Positions 23,519-34,050 of a DNA stretch of 42,164 nt are shown here, one piece after another. Origin of the DNA: Craspedostauros australis (taxonomy: Eukaryota). Every line of letters begins with the position of its first letter. Position 1 is the first letter of the stretch. A program made the position numbers and the translations under genes. The notes under the pieces are model-generated. The model did no database searches and had not been told where the DNA came from. It saw only the letters and a list, made by a program, of their open reading frames with translations. The stretch lies in the NCBI GenBank assembly GCA_030167865.1, contig JALAGF010001174.1, positions 1 through 42,164 on the forward strand. The letters are read 5' to 3'.

Positions 23519-24370
23519 ATGACACTACCGACCGCACCTGCTGTTGCGAGATCCACGATGTCCCAGCTGTACCTGCGTGTACCTCAGCGTACTGGTGCAT
23601 TTGCATCGACCAGCAGATGCTTTTCATCCATCTGCAATCTTGGTCCAACGTCGGCAACAGCGTCGAACCAGAGTGGCTCCATGACTATCCAAAGCTGCCG
23701 CGCTGATGGCAGATCGCAGCAACGGACATGGGCGATGTCAACAATTCCAATGACGATGAGAATGACGAATGCTGCGAAGAGCAATCTTGCCATCTCCCAG
23801 ATGGCGCAACGCGCATTCTCGACCAAGGAAGAATCCACGGGAGTGTCAGGTTGGATGGAGCGACGAAAGAATCGCAAGGAGCAGGAACAGTACATGGAAC
23901 AGATGAACCGTCTGTCCGAGATGGATGAATTCAAATTGACCGACTTCAAGGACGAGCTCAACAAATCCCTGACCGGCGTCATGGCCAACGTCTCCTTCCT
24001 CCAAACCAAGGAAATCAAGGCCGCCAAGGACATCGTCACGTGCGTCGAAAGCATGGTCAAGGTCCTGGGCCAAGACGCGGTCGCCGACGACCTCCTGCAC
24101 ATGGATCGGCTGCAGCGATTGAAGATCGCCGACGGATCGGACCGCACGGTGGAGGAGATTGGATATGTTGTGTCTCAAATTCAGAACATGGACATCATGC
24201 AGAAGACCTTGCGACGTCGTCGGTTGCAAGGCAAGCCGATTCCGGAATCGCAATCCAAGATGCAGGAAGTCATGAAGAAGGAGGCCATGGCGACCATGAG
24301 TCCGGCGCAGAAGGAGATGGTGCGCAAGAAGCAGATGGATATGGCCAAGCACATGCAACGAAGGCGATGA
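23519..24370 (+). CDS. Stand-alone SRP54/Ffh M-domain-like protein with predicted mitochondrial presequence (283 aa)
   Basis: About 100 aa S/T/R/A-rich, nearly acid-free leader ending QRAFST. It is followed by EFKLTDFKDEL (cf. FTLxDFxxQL), VESM (cf. IxSM), RLKIADGSDRTVEEI (cf. RIARGSGxxVxEV), SQIQNMDIMQK and a Met-rich tail. No GTPase motifs. Confidence 0.75.
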   Translation: MTLPTAPAVARSTMSQLYLRVPQRTGAFASTSRCFSSICNLGPTSATASNQSGSMTIQSCRADGRSQQRTWAMSTIPMTMRMTNAAKSNLAISQMAQRAFSTKEESTGVSGWMERRKNRKEQEQYMEQMNRLSEMDEFKLTDFKDELNKSLTGVMANVSFLQTKEIKAAKDIVTCVESMVKVLGQDAVADDLLHMDRLQRLKIADGSDRTVEEIGYVVSQIQNMDIMQKTLRRRRLQGKPIPESQSKMQEVMKKEAMATMSPAQKEMVRKKQMDMAKHMQRRR

Positions 24371-24591
24371 TGATGTTTGGGCGGAATGAATGCATGGAGC
24401 ACTTGCTGACGTGCGGATCATCTTGTGAACGGTTAGCGACATCTCGATTCGCTTTACAGTGCAGACAAAGGAGCACGCTTTCATGTGGCGTGTCATATTT
24501 GAATGCTCCACGCAATATAGTCCTAAAGATACAAGCAGAGCAGATTGAGTTGACAGTATCCTCTATGTACATCGTACGAGTATTTGTGTCA

Positions 24592-25101
24592 TCAATTCGC
24601 ATACAACTTCGTGAAGTTGATGATGCGCTCATCTTCCAGCATGATCATCTTGTTCTCAAAATCGGCCAACGCCACGTCCGTATCCAGCACCAGCCCGCAT
24701 TCCAGCTCGTACAAACTGCCTTCGCCCTTGGGCAGCGCCTCCAAACTCTCGCGATCCGTAATGACCAGCAGATTGATGTTGGGCACGGTCCGCTTCAATT
24801 GACGCATCTGCTGCAACGTCGACTGCGACACGGGACCCACAAAAACATGATGCGGACCGTTGCTGTTGGGCTGCGTCCAGATCCACGGCCACACGTTGTA
24901 TCCTGCTTGATCGGCGCGGAACAATCGGATCAGATCGGACTTGGTGACGTGATCGAGGTAAAGATCAAAGTCGTCGCGGTCGCATCGTGTCGGTGACGTA
25001 CAACTGTATGCGGCGGCGCATCCGATCAACGCCGCCGTCGTCGTCGTCGTGTGCTTGTGTTTCCACAAGCGTGGTGCCATTTGACGCAACGTGCGGTTCA
25101 T
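24592..25101 (-). CDS. Small protein resembling a truncated AIF/pyridine-nucleotide oxidoreductase N-terminal domain (169 aa)
   Basis: Mitochondrial-type leader plus a short hydrophobic segment and TRCD. Then HHVFVG...RQLKRTVPNINLLVITDRE and GLVLDTDVALADFENKMIMLEDERIINFTKLY (cf. V..ID...K.V.L.DG..I.YDKL.LATG). Coding-like composition. The family assignment is inference. Confidence 0.6.
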   Translation of the reverse strand: MNRTLRQMAPRLWKHKHTTTTTAALIGCAAAYSCTSPTRCDRDDFDLYLDHVTKSDLIRLFRADQAGYNVWPWIWTQPNSNGPHHVFVGPVSQSTLQQMRQLKRTVPNINLLVITDRESLEALPKGEGSLYELECGLVLDTDVALADFENKMIMLEDERIINFTKLYAN

Positions 25102-25683
25102 CGTCGGATGTTGGTGGGTGTCCGTATTGCTGTGGTTCCAGGCACCGTTGTGAAGTTGCTTCGTTGATTTTGTGAGGAGTTTGGTGCCACTTGCCTCCTC
25201 TGCCACGCTTCCTGTTTGTCGTTTGTCGCATTGAGTCAGAGAATCAGTCCAGTTGGTCGTCCCAATCAAGACCAAAGCGAGTCACGCAACCGCTTTCAAT
25301 CTTGGAGCCGTTGGGACATGATCCAACGTATGGTAGTACAGACGATCTCGGGAGGAGTCATTGGAAAAGGCATTGAAGTGAACCGAGAAAATTGGGAACA
25401 ACGGACACGGACATCGCGCACTTCGGCGGCAATCGCGACAGCAAAGGCAACAAGACCAAAGACACAAACACCGACTGAATCAGCCACAGCAACCGCATTC
25501 AGGACAAGAAGCTTTGCCAATCTGGGGAACCCCTCTTGAGACGCTTCACCTTCGGTCGACAGCCAAAGTCACAAAGCCAAGTGGCAGGAAGCACAAGCAC
25601 AGCACAGCATTGCATTGCATTGCCAAAGCGACAAAGAGAGAAAGATAGCACAGCAAGAGCAAGAGACACCAAGAAACGCAAGC

Positions 25684-27136
25684 ATGAATATCTTCCGCTT
25701 CCTGGGGGACATGTCCCACCTGTTCAGTATCATCGTGCTGCTGTTACGACTGCGGGTGGCACGAAATGCGCAAGGTCCGTTCGGTTCGATTCGATGCAAT
25801 GCAATTCCGTTGTTGTGTACGCCGACGAACGAATACTCTTCAGGCATTGCCAGAAGAGGCTTCAATTGCATGGAGATGGGGTTGAAAACGAGCGCTGCTG
25901 CTCATCCAACGCGCCCCAAAAACTGGGGCAATGCGAAGCCAGATTCGATGCCTGATGTCAGGAGACATCCACGGAGGCAGACAGTGACCGCGTCTGCAAC
26001 GCCGTTGAAAGATGGAAGTTGGAACCGAAAGGAGAGCAATCTTCTTTGGAATACACTACCATAATGATGTACCATTGGATGGCGGCATTCCGAGACTCAG
26101 GCCATCCCATCAACTATGTCTGTTGTATGTATGCCGATCGCCAAGGAGCATCATCTCTGCCTCCGTAACCATTGTGCGTTGGCCTTCATTTCTCACATTC
26201 TCACACCCCTTCGAATCCATTCCTGAACGATGCATCATCTCATTTCCTCAACGCAACAAATGACCGCTACGAAACGCATTCCATCGTCACACTATCTCGT
26301 CTCATTTCATGAACAAACGAAACCATATGGAACCCGCAATGACGCCAACGACATGATGGGCAAACGAATGAATCGAATTTGCAACGGTTCGAAATGCCAT
26401 CCGCCAACACCATGCATGCCTGCAATTCGCTATCTGCATCCGCCAATCTGACTGAACATGCAAAACACCCACGGCATGAATGCCCGAATGCAATCCATCC
26501 ATCGTCACCAATCATTGTACACGCAATGGCAACGACAACATTACTGCAGGTATCTCCGTGCGATCGCATGAGCTCTTCCTCTGCGTCTTCGTGACGCGAT
26601 ACTTGGATCTATTCTTCAGATTCTACTCCATCTACAACTCCGTCATGAAGATCATCTACATCGGCTCCACGGCGTCCATCATCTACACCATCAAGTACAA
26701 GGAGCCCATCAAATCGACCTACGACAAGTCTCAGGATACCTTTTTGCATTGGAGATTCGCCGTCGCCCCATGCGCCATCATCGCCTTCGCCACCCACATG
26801 ATCGCCAAGGGCATGAAGGGCTTCGATGCCATCGAACTGCTGTGGATGTTCAGCATCTACCTCGAGGCCATCGCCATCCTCCCTCAGCTCATCGTTCTGC
26901 AACGCTACAAGGAGGTGGAGAACCTCACGGGAAACTACATCTTCTTCATGGGAGCCTACAGAGCGCTCTACATCCTCAATTGGATCTACAGAGCGAACAC
27001 GGAAAAGGGATACAAGCACCACTGGGTGGTCTACTTCTGCGGCGTCCTCCAAACGCTTCTGTATGCCGACTTCTTCTACTACTACATCAAGGCCAAGGCC
27101 AGGGGCAACAGACTCCAGCTGCCACAGGTCACCTAA
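25684..27136 (+). CDS. ERD2: ER lumen protein-retaining (KDEL/HDEL) receptor, 225 aa, 2 exons
   Basis: MNIFRFLGDMSHLFSI, GISVRSHEL..VFVTRYLDLF, WMFSIYLEAIAILPQL, GAYRALYILNWIYR, GVLQTLLYADFFYYY. Exons are 25684-25774 and 26550-27136, with intron 25775-26549 (GTCCGT...TGCAG, 775 nt). Confidence 0.97.
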
Positions 27137-27734
27137 ACGCATCATCCGCTCGGTATGAGCACACGTGACGACCAGCACATGGCAACAGACTCCAGCTGCG
27201 GCAACAGTATTAGTAATAGCAACAACAGGCACAAACAGCATGGCTCGTAAAGCACCCATCCATACACAAAACATTACAACGATTTCTCCACGTGATCAGT
27301 GAACTTATCTACAAGAATTCATTCTTTGTGGCTGATGCATCACGACGAGTATGCCTGCTCTACTCTACCCTTCTATCACAGTATTGAGAAACAGATGATA
27401 CTCGTCGGTTTGAAAAGTCATGGATACTCAAAGGCTGAGCAATTGTACTTCATCTTACACACGCATTGCTGAGGAGCAGCGAACGTGCTCGCGTGGCAGG
27501 GTTCCAGTCCTCGAATCCTGCCCTCCTTTCATCGCGCAACTCTGATGCATTTGTTTCATTGGGTTGTACCATCTTCCACGATGGTGTTGTCAATCACGTA
27601 CAGTTGCGCAATTGTGCGTGTACAAACAGAGAGAGTACTCCATACGTGCTTGGCGATATCGAATAGCATAGTACAGCGCAGTCGAGCATTGTAGAGTGTT
27701 CCAGTTTCTTCGCCATCTCTGCTTACATCTCTCT

Positions 27735-29128
27735 CTAGAACTTGGACTGCAAGATCTCCCGCAGCTTGACGGTCTCCTGCGTGAAGGAATCAATGCCCTC
27801 CCGTAGCTTGTCATTGCCGCAGCCATCGGACTCGATATACGCCACGAAGGTTTCGCGGTCCAGAATGAAGTTGGGATCGCAGCACGTGGCGGCATCGGCC
27901 GTGGCGTCGCACTGGTGAAACACCGCGCTGCCATCCCGCGACAGCAACGCCTCCAACAGGGGTGCCGGGATCGTCATTTCATCCACGCCGGCCAATGCCA
28001 GAATCTCGTCGATTTCGCTGCCCTCCACGGAGGCTCCGCGCGATGGTCGCCACGAGGCCGGCATCACGATCGTCTTGTATCCGTACCGGCGGAAGTATCC
28101 GTACATGCGCTTGACGCACAGCACGCCAGGATCAGCGTCGGGATGGTAGCCCTCCTTGCCGTTCTTGGACTTGTGCCAATCCAAGATGCGGCCTGGGAAG
28201 GGTGAGATGAGGAAGGCGCCGGCCTGTGCTGCAGCCGCAGCTTGCAAGAAGGAGAAGATCAAAGTGATGTTGCACTGATGATGGAATTGTGCGTGCGTGA
28301 TTGCGCGCACCGAAGACGGGGTCCATTGAAGATGCGGCGTGAGAAGGGGGGACGTAGAATTGCACAGAGCAGAGTAGTCGAGAGCAGAACGGGACTTGTT
28401 AAGCGAGAGCAATGTCGCATGACGCTGGAATGCGATTGCGAGGCGATGCTTGCGAACATCACTGTTCAATTGCAGACGACGCCAATTCCACCACAATCTC
28501 CACACTCAGTCGTCCGCACAATCCTCACCTGGATGTTCTCCTTCTCCAACACCTTGGCTGCCTGGATGCCCTCCCATGTGCCTGCGACCTTGATCAGAAT
28601 CCGGCTGCGATCGATCCCCATCTCTTCGTACATTCGAATGATGCTGCGTCCCCGCTCCACTGTGGCATCGGTATCGTAGGAAAGGCGAATATCCACCTCG
28701 GTGGAGACGCGCCCCGGCACCAGCTCCGTCAGCTTCGCACCAAGGTTGACGGCGAGCTTGTCCATGCACACATCCAGGACGGGCTCGAAGTCGGGCAATC
28801 CCGCATCGCCACCACCCAGCTTGGCCTTGGCGTAGCTCACGGCCTCCAACACCATCTCCTCGTATCGGGCATCGCCGTTGCTGCCGGCTTGCGACACGAA
28901 CAGCGGGTTCGTCGTGGCATCCGTGACGAATCCGGTCTCCATGTACTTGGCCACGACATCGAGATCGCCGCTGTCGATGGAGATCTTCGTGACCTTGGAC
29001 AGCTCCTCCAGCGCGGAGGCCTTCAACGTCGTCGTCTTGGATCCGAATGGCATCCTTGCTGTCGCCGTGAACGCAGCGCTGGATGACACGAACAGCGCGA
29101 ACGCGACGGATCGAAGAAGAAGGATCAT
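27735..29128 (-). CDS. TAL: Transaldolase, probably plastid-targeted, 379 aa, 2 exons
   Basis: IDSGD, DATTNP, GRVSTEVD, ILIKVAGTWEGI (Schiff-base Lys), CNITLIFS, LISPFPGRI. Signal peptide ends SAA-FTA (ASAFAP-like). Exons are 29128-28529 and 28274-27735, with intron GTGAGG...ATCAG (254 nt). Confidence 0.96.
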
Positions 29129-29948
29129 GGTGGGTGGCTTGCTCTTTGCTTGAATACTCTGCGACGGTTGCAGATTATACGAGGGTTCTATGGTCTATTT
29201 GTACTCTGCTGATGTTATATTTCAAAGAGAGTCGTCGGAAGATCACAAGAGACAGAGAGAGAGGATGCTCCACGAAGACTCCGCAAGCATTCGGTTGTGT
29301 GCGGCCATGGTGTTGCCGCTTCGCAACCGACATGGAGATCCGGTGGTGGATCGAAAGCAGAAGGCAGACAGACATGCAAACCAACAACGAGGAAAGTGCG
29401 CGCTGTTCGGGATTGGCATCTGGAGCGTATCTTCTTCGGATTTGACATCAACGTCTGGCATTGTGCCAATGGCAGGCCATGCTACATGATTTAGTGTAGA
29501 CCGATAACGAACTGTGACTGTCGTGCTCACCTGGTGGCGAAGTCACACATGAACTTGACTTGTGAAAGGCAGATCATCGTCGCTGCTCGAGATCACTCAC
29601 ACGAATTGTAGAGAGCATGTGAACCAGTGTGCGCATGTGGAGGTGATTGATGTGCTAACTTTCAACCATGATGGCCTTGCTATCCCTGGTGATCAACGAG
29701 TGACCTGTCTGCGCTTTGCGGAAGGTTGCATGGCGAAGTAATAGCGCCCGGACTTGCCCAGCAAAGCGAGGAAGTGACTTCTTCCAAACCAAGTTCGTGC
29801 ACAATGCTTCTGCTGGTGGTACTCCAGTATCTCGACGCCATCATGGTCTCGCCATAAAACGCGAAAGATCAAGGCAGAGCCACCAACCATTTCTCTACAG
29901 ACCATCTGATCACACGTCCCTCAAGAATCCAGTGCAGAGCAACACGAC

Positions 29949-30371
29949 ATGAGACGCAGATCAATGTACCAATGCAACATCAAGTTCTTCCGCAAGAGGA
30001 TTGACAAATACCATCGCGTGCAAGAGGATCAGGACGATACTGGAAGCAACAGCGACAGCCAACGAAGGAACGCTGCGACCCATGCAGCTGCACTGGCCAA
30101 CAACACGCACCACGGTGATTACGAAGAACGCATGAGCTGTTCGTCAACATTCGAGATCGCGAGTGACGATGACGAAAGCGACAATGCATTGAGGCGGCAA
30201 CAGCCGCCATCGCGTGCAAAGCGCTCGGCGCGGGCATCGCCCGCACTCGCCGCAACGTCACAACCGCGTCGAACGAGATCATTTGGCGCTCACATGCTGC
30301 GAAAGATAACCCACAGACGCAAGGTTCAAAACGGAATCGATTCGGAACTTAAAGTAAATCGTAGACGGTGA
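29949..30371 (+). CDS. Hypothetical hydrophilic protein (140 aa)
   Basis: ATG-initiated ORF in an otherwise empty slot between transaldolase and the phosphatase. It has an acidic patch (FEIASDDDESD) and basic termini, and stops 37 nt from the convergent gene. No recognisable domain. Confidence 0.4.
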   Translation: MRRRSMYQCNIKFFRKRIDKYHRVQEDQDDTGSNSDSQRRNAATHAAALANNTHHGDYEERMSCSSTFEIASDDDESDNALRRQQPPSRAKRSARASPALAATSQPRRTRSFGAHMLRKITHRRKVQNGIDSELKVNRRR

Positions 30372-30408
30372 TGGAACACAAGAAATACTTCGAATCAACT
30401 CGCCTGCT

Positions 30409-31311
30409 CTACCATCCTTGCGTTTGGCGTTCGTCCACAAACTTCCGCACAAAAGCTCTCTGCGTGTCGGTTTGCGGAGATCGAGACAGTGCCCGAGCCA
30501 TGTCCTTGGCGCCATCTCTCGAGCTGTACCCGGCCTGCACCAAGTCCAGGACTTCCTTGGCATTCAACTCTGGAAACAGCAAGGATGTGAGACAGCTGGA
30601 TACCAACCCCGCACGACCGCGTCCACCCCAGCAATGGATGTAGAGCCTGCGATCCTCTTCCTCCATGGCGATCAGCAGATCGGACAGCAACGAAAACAGA
30701 GAATCCGTATTCGTCGGAACGCTGAGATCTTGGATCGGATGATGCACGAAGCGACAACCCGCGTTGTGAGATAGGGCGAGAGGCCCGTACTGCGTGAAAG
30801 GATTCGGGAATTCCTTGAGGCTGTCGGGCGATTTCAAGTACACCTTGCCCTTGGCGGCGGCCCATTGAATGTCATCGTCCTGTGGTGGAACCTCGTTCTG
30901 CAAACAGCAAAACAAATCGATGCCGGCCTTGTTAATGATGGTATCCATGTGACTCTGCACTTCCGCCTTCGTGGGACGATCCGTTTCTGGCGTGAGGCCG
31001 GGATACTGTCCCACCATGATGCGGTTGGGGATGACCCAGTTGCAAAAGCCTCGCATGCGGCCGCTCGTGACGCGCTGGAAAGAGGATGAATAGTACAACG
31101 CGTCATGATCGTCTGCCTTGGGGACGTCGGGTATGGTGGTGCGCACCTTGGCAGCGCGCGCCAGCAGCTCGGGCTCGAAGGACAGCACCACCTTGTCAGT
31201 GAATGCGGCCGTGGACAGCAGCAACCGCAACGAATGCCGAACGGAGATGGGCCTGGTCTTGGCGGTTGCTGGTACGCGTGCCATCGATGTGCTTCGCGAA
31301 AGAGCGAACAT
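30409..31311 (-). CDS. Cys-dependent protein tyrosine/dual-specificity phosphatase-like protein (~300 aa)
   Basis: CX5R P-loop YIHCWGGRGRAG, NWVIPNRIMVGQYPG, HHPIQDLSVP (general-acid loop), SPQTDTQRAFV (Q-loop). The start is uncertain; 31311 is the first in-frame ATG. Confidence 0.88.
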   Translation of the reverse strand: MFALSRSTSMARVPATAKTRPISVRHSLRLLLSTAAFTDKVVLSFEPELLARAAKVRTTIPDVPKADDHDALYYSSSFQRVTSGRMRGFCNWVIPNRIMVGQYPGLTPETDRPTKAEVQSHMDTIINKAGIDLFCCLQNEVPPQDDDIQWAAAKGKVYLKSPDSLKEFPNPFTQYGPLALSHNAGCRFVHHPIQDLSVPTNTDSLFSLLSDLLIAMEEEDRRLYIHCWGGRGRAGLVSSCLTSLLFPELNAKEVLDLVQAGYSSRDGAKDMARALSRSPQTDTQRAFVRKFVDERQTQGW

Positions 31312-31859
31312 GGGGGTATGGTGCAGCGCAGCGGAGAGTTCCTCGTGTGTTCCGTCGGAGACAAGGCTCGCCCAAGAGTCCACGTGAGCACAAGGTGCGA
31401 AGTGTGGACTTCGAAACAGATCCAGCAGCGCAACGATCTCCACCCATGTGATGTGAATGATTGATTGATGGGATACGCGGTAAACTAGTATTTAATTGCT
31501 TCTTGGGAAATGAACGCCGCAATCCAACCACGCAACCACACACAACCACGCAAAATGACCTTCTGAATCACGAACCGGATGCAAGGGACTGACTGAAACC
31601 TCTCTAGTTTGTCGTCGTAGACCACCTGACTGCACCAACACGGAGACTCGAGCAAGTGAAATGTAACACCATACCATGCGGACATCGAGCATCTCACATA
31701 CTCCACTCTGCTTCTTGTTTGAACACCCGCAGTGCCCGTCCTTGCACAATGGCTGCATTCCACTATGTTTTTGCAACAGATTTGCAACACATGCGAGCAT
31801 GCCTGTTCACGACATGGACAAGACTACGTGCATTCTATTTCTGTGCGCTTCTGTTCCTG

Positions 31860-33455
31860 CTACGATGCTCCACCTGTTTTTGATTGTGACGACGCTGGTG
31901 CAGTAGCTGTTCCTGCTGCCTTTGTTGTTGCTGCTGCTGTCTTTGCTGTCGCTGCACCACCGCCTGCGGATGATTTTGCTGTACCGCTCGTTTTTGTCGT
32001 TGCTGTGGCTTTGGTTGCCGTGCTGCTCGCCGCCTTTTTCTTGGTGCTGCTCGATGTGGTTTTCTTCTTGGTTTCCGTCTTGGATTGTTCTTCCTTCTTG
32101 GATGTTGTGGTTTCGTATCCACCATTGTCATCCTCGTCGTCGTCATCATCATCCGATTCGGCATCCTTCCGCAGATCGCTGGATGCATCCATCGCGTTGC
32201 CGTTGGTCTCATCTTCGGCCACATCCTCGTCGACGTCTTCGTTGTCTTGCTCTTCCAATTCGCGGTTTTCCAGACCATACTTTCCAACCACGTGGAAATC
32301 CCACGCCTCCAACGGCGGTGCCAGATCTTTCAGCAGCAGCATCTCGTTGATCCCATTATCCTCTTCATCCTCGTCGTCCTGCGCGGCGGCATTTCTTCGT
32401 TTTCGAAGCAGCCGCTCATCGATGGGACCCAGCTGTTCGGCATAGTAGTCTTCTTCTTCATCGATGGAATCGCGCGATTCTTCGTCGCTTTCGATCGTCA
32501 ACCGTTTCAGTTCTTCCATCTTCTTTCCGTTCAAAGAGATGACCACCTCGTTGACCTTTTTCCGTTTCTTCTTGCTCTTCCCATCCGCCCCCGCATCGGT
32601 GGCGGTGGTGCTGTTGCCTTTGCTCTTGGTGAGAGCGTCACCGACCGATATAGCATGCATGTGCGCTCGTTCCAATGAATTGTGCAGTTGCTGTTTCCGC
32701 CGTTTGCGATCGTCGCTGTCTTCGGCGTACTGCTGCAGATGCCGCTGGCGCTTCTTGGCGGCTTCTCGCGCCAGTTCGATGCCCTTCAATCGTTGATCAC
32801 GGCAAGCGATCGCCTGTTGCAGGACGGTCGCCAGGAACTGATCGGCGGACGCCGATACGATGGCCGCCACGGTGTCGTCCAGATAGCCAGCGCCCTGTCG
32901 GTGTAGTATCCGTCTTGACAGCGCGGTGGGGACGGTCGGTCCCCTCGGTATTATTATCGATTGCTGTTCGTTGCCCTGATTTCGTGATGATGATGCCGAC
33001 GACGAACCCGCGGCGCCCGCGACATGTGATAATGCCAGGGATGAGGCTGCTGTTGCTGCTGCTCCGATGATCGCCGGGTTGCTATCATCTCTGTACTGCA
33101 GGCAGTGGATAAAGTGCTGCATCTTCTTGTCTTCCTGCCTCATCGCCGAGATGGCCTTTTCCTTCGGCGTCTGCGGTATGACCAGCGATGCTCCAGGTGG
33201 CGGCGACAGAGCCGCGATCTGCTTCCCCGTTCTTCCGCTGGGCTTTTGCACCTTCGACGCCGACGTCGATTTGCCTTTCGCCTTGGAGTCCTTTGTTGCG
33301 GATGATGATTTCGCCGTCGAGGGTTTGCTTGAGGACCCCGGCTTTGTTCCTTTTGATGCCGCCGCCGTCGGTTTTGATGCTGCAGCAGATGACGATGTGG
33401 TCGCAACTGGCAGCCCCATTTTGGCCCGTTGCAGTTCGATCATTCGTTCGCTCAT
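31860..33455 (-). CDS. TAF10: TAF10-like histone-fold protein with long low-complexity extensions (531 aa)
   Basis: MQHFIHCLQ (cf. LxxFLxxL), PTVPTALSRRILHRQGAGYLDDTVAAIVSASADQFLATVLQQA (cf. PTIPDAVTxYYLxRAGF..DPRI.RLISLAAQKFISDI..DA) and LLLKDLAPPLEAWDFHV (cf. LTMEDLxxALxEYGINV). Confidence 0.75.
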   Translation of the reverse strand: MSERMIELQRAKMGLPVATTSSSAAASKPTAAASKGTKPGSSSKPSTAKSSSATKDSKAKGKSTSASKVQKPSGRTGKQIAALSPPPGASLVIPQTPKEKAISAMRQEDKKMQHFIHCLQYRDDSNPAIIGAAATAASSLALSHVAGAAGSSSASSSRNQGNEQQSIIIPRGPTVPTALSRRILHRQGAGYLDDTVAAIVSASADQFLATVLQQAIACRDQRLKGIELAREAAKKRQRHLQQYAEDSDDRKRRKQQLHNSLERAHMHAISVGDALTKSKGNSTTATDAGADGKSKKKRKKVNEVVISLNGKKMEELKRLTIESDEESRDSIDEEEDYYAEQLGPIDERLLRKRRNAAAQDDEDEEDNGINEMLLLKDLAPPLEAWDFHVVGKYGLENRELEEQDNEDVDEDVAEDETNGNAMDASSDLRKDAESDDDDDDEDDNGGYETTTSKKEEQSKTETKKKTTSSSTKKKAASSTATKATATTKTSGTAKSSAGGGAATAKTAAATTKAAGTATAPASSQSKTGGAS

Positions 33456-34050
33456 GATTGCTTGTGTGTGCGTTAGCGATATGTTTTCGTTGCCGCCGCG
33501 TAGCTTGTTCGTTGATATGCACGATTGTGTCCTCGTTTGTTGAGCAATGCTGAGTATAGCGACTCTATGTTTGCTTGTCTGCGTGCGTTTGCGTTGACCA
33601 CGTTGTCGTTGCGACGTGCCCTCTGGACTATGGCCACTCGAGGCGCGCTATGCTGGGCGTTGGTGCTGTGACGAGGTACGACCATGAAGTGGTCGCAATG
33701 ATGGATTATGACCGAAGTCTGTGTTTCTGTTTTGGACGACCTCCTTTTGTTGTTTCTTTTCTTTGCTGGTCTGCTGGATACGGTTTCTGACTCGTTCGAC
33801 CGCACTGCTGCTCGTTGTTCGTGGGTGAAGCACCGATCTGGCCCATCGGGCGTCACCCAGCTCTCTTCCCATTGTATTTAGTTTCATCTCTCTCTCTCTC
33901 TGTGTGGATTGCAGTCCTGCTTTTCATTTGCAATAGTATTCAATGGCAACGCAATAGTCATGCTCCAATCTCAGAACATCGTATAATATCATATTATTAT
34001 CTAGATCGCCTTCCTCCTCCTTTTAGCTCGTGCTCGACATACCGAACACT

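Noticed and set aside
24040-24996. 318-aa + strand ORF spanning the M-domain and AIF-like genes
   Set aside because: It is an off-frame overlap of one gene plus the antisense of the other, with no recognisable motif.
27735-29128. Transaldolase as a fructose-6-phosphate aldolase variant
   Set aside because: It keeps the transaldolase-type Glu (STEV) and Phe (SPF) rather than the Gln/Tyr of FSA.
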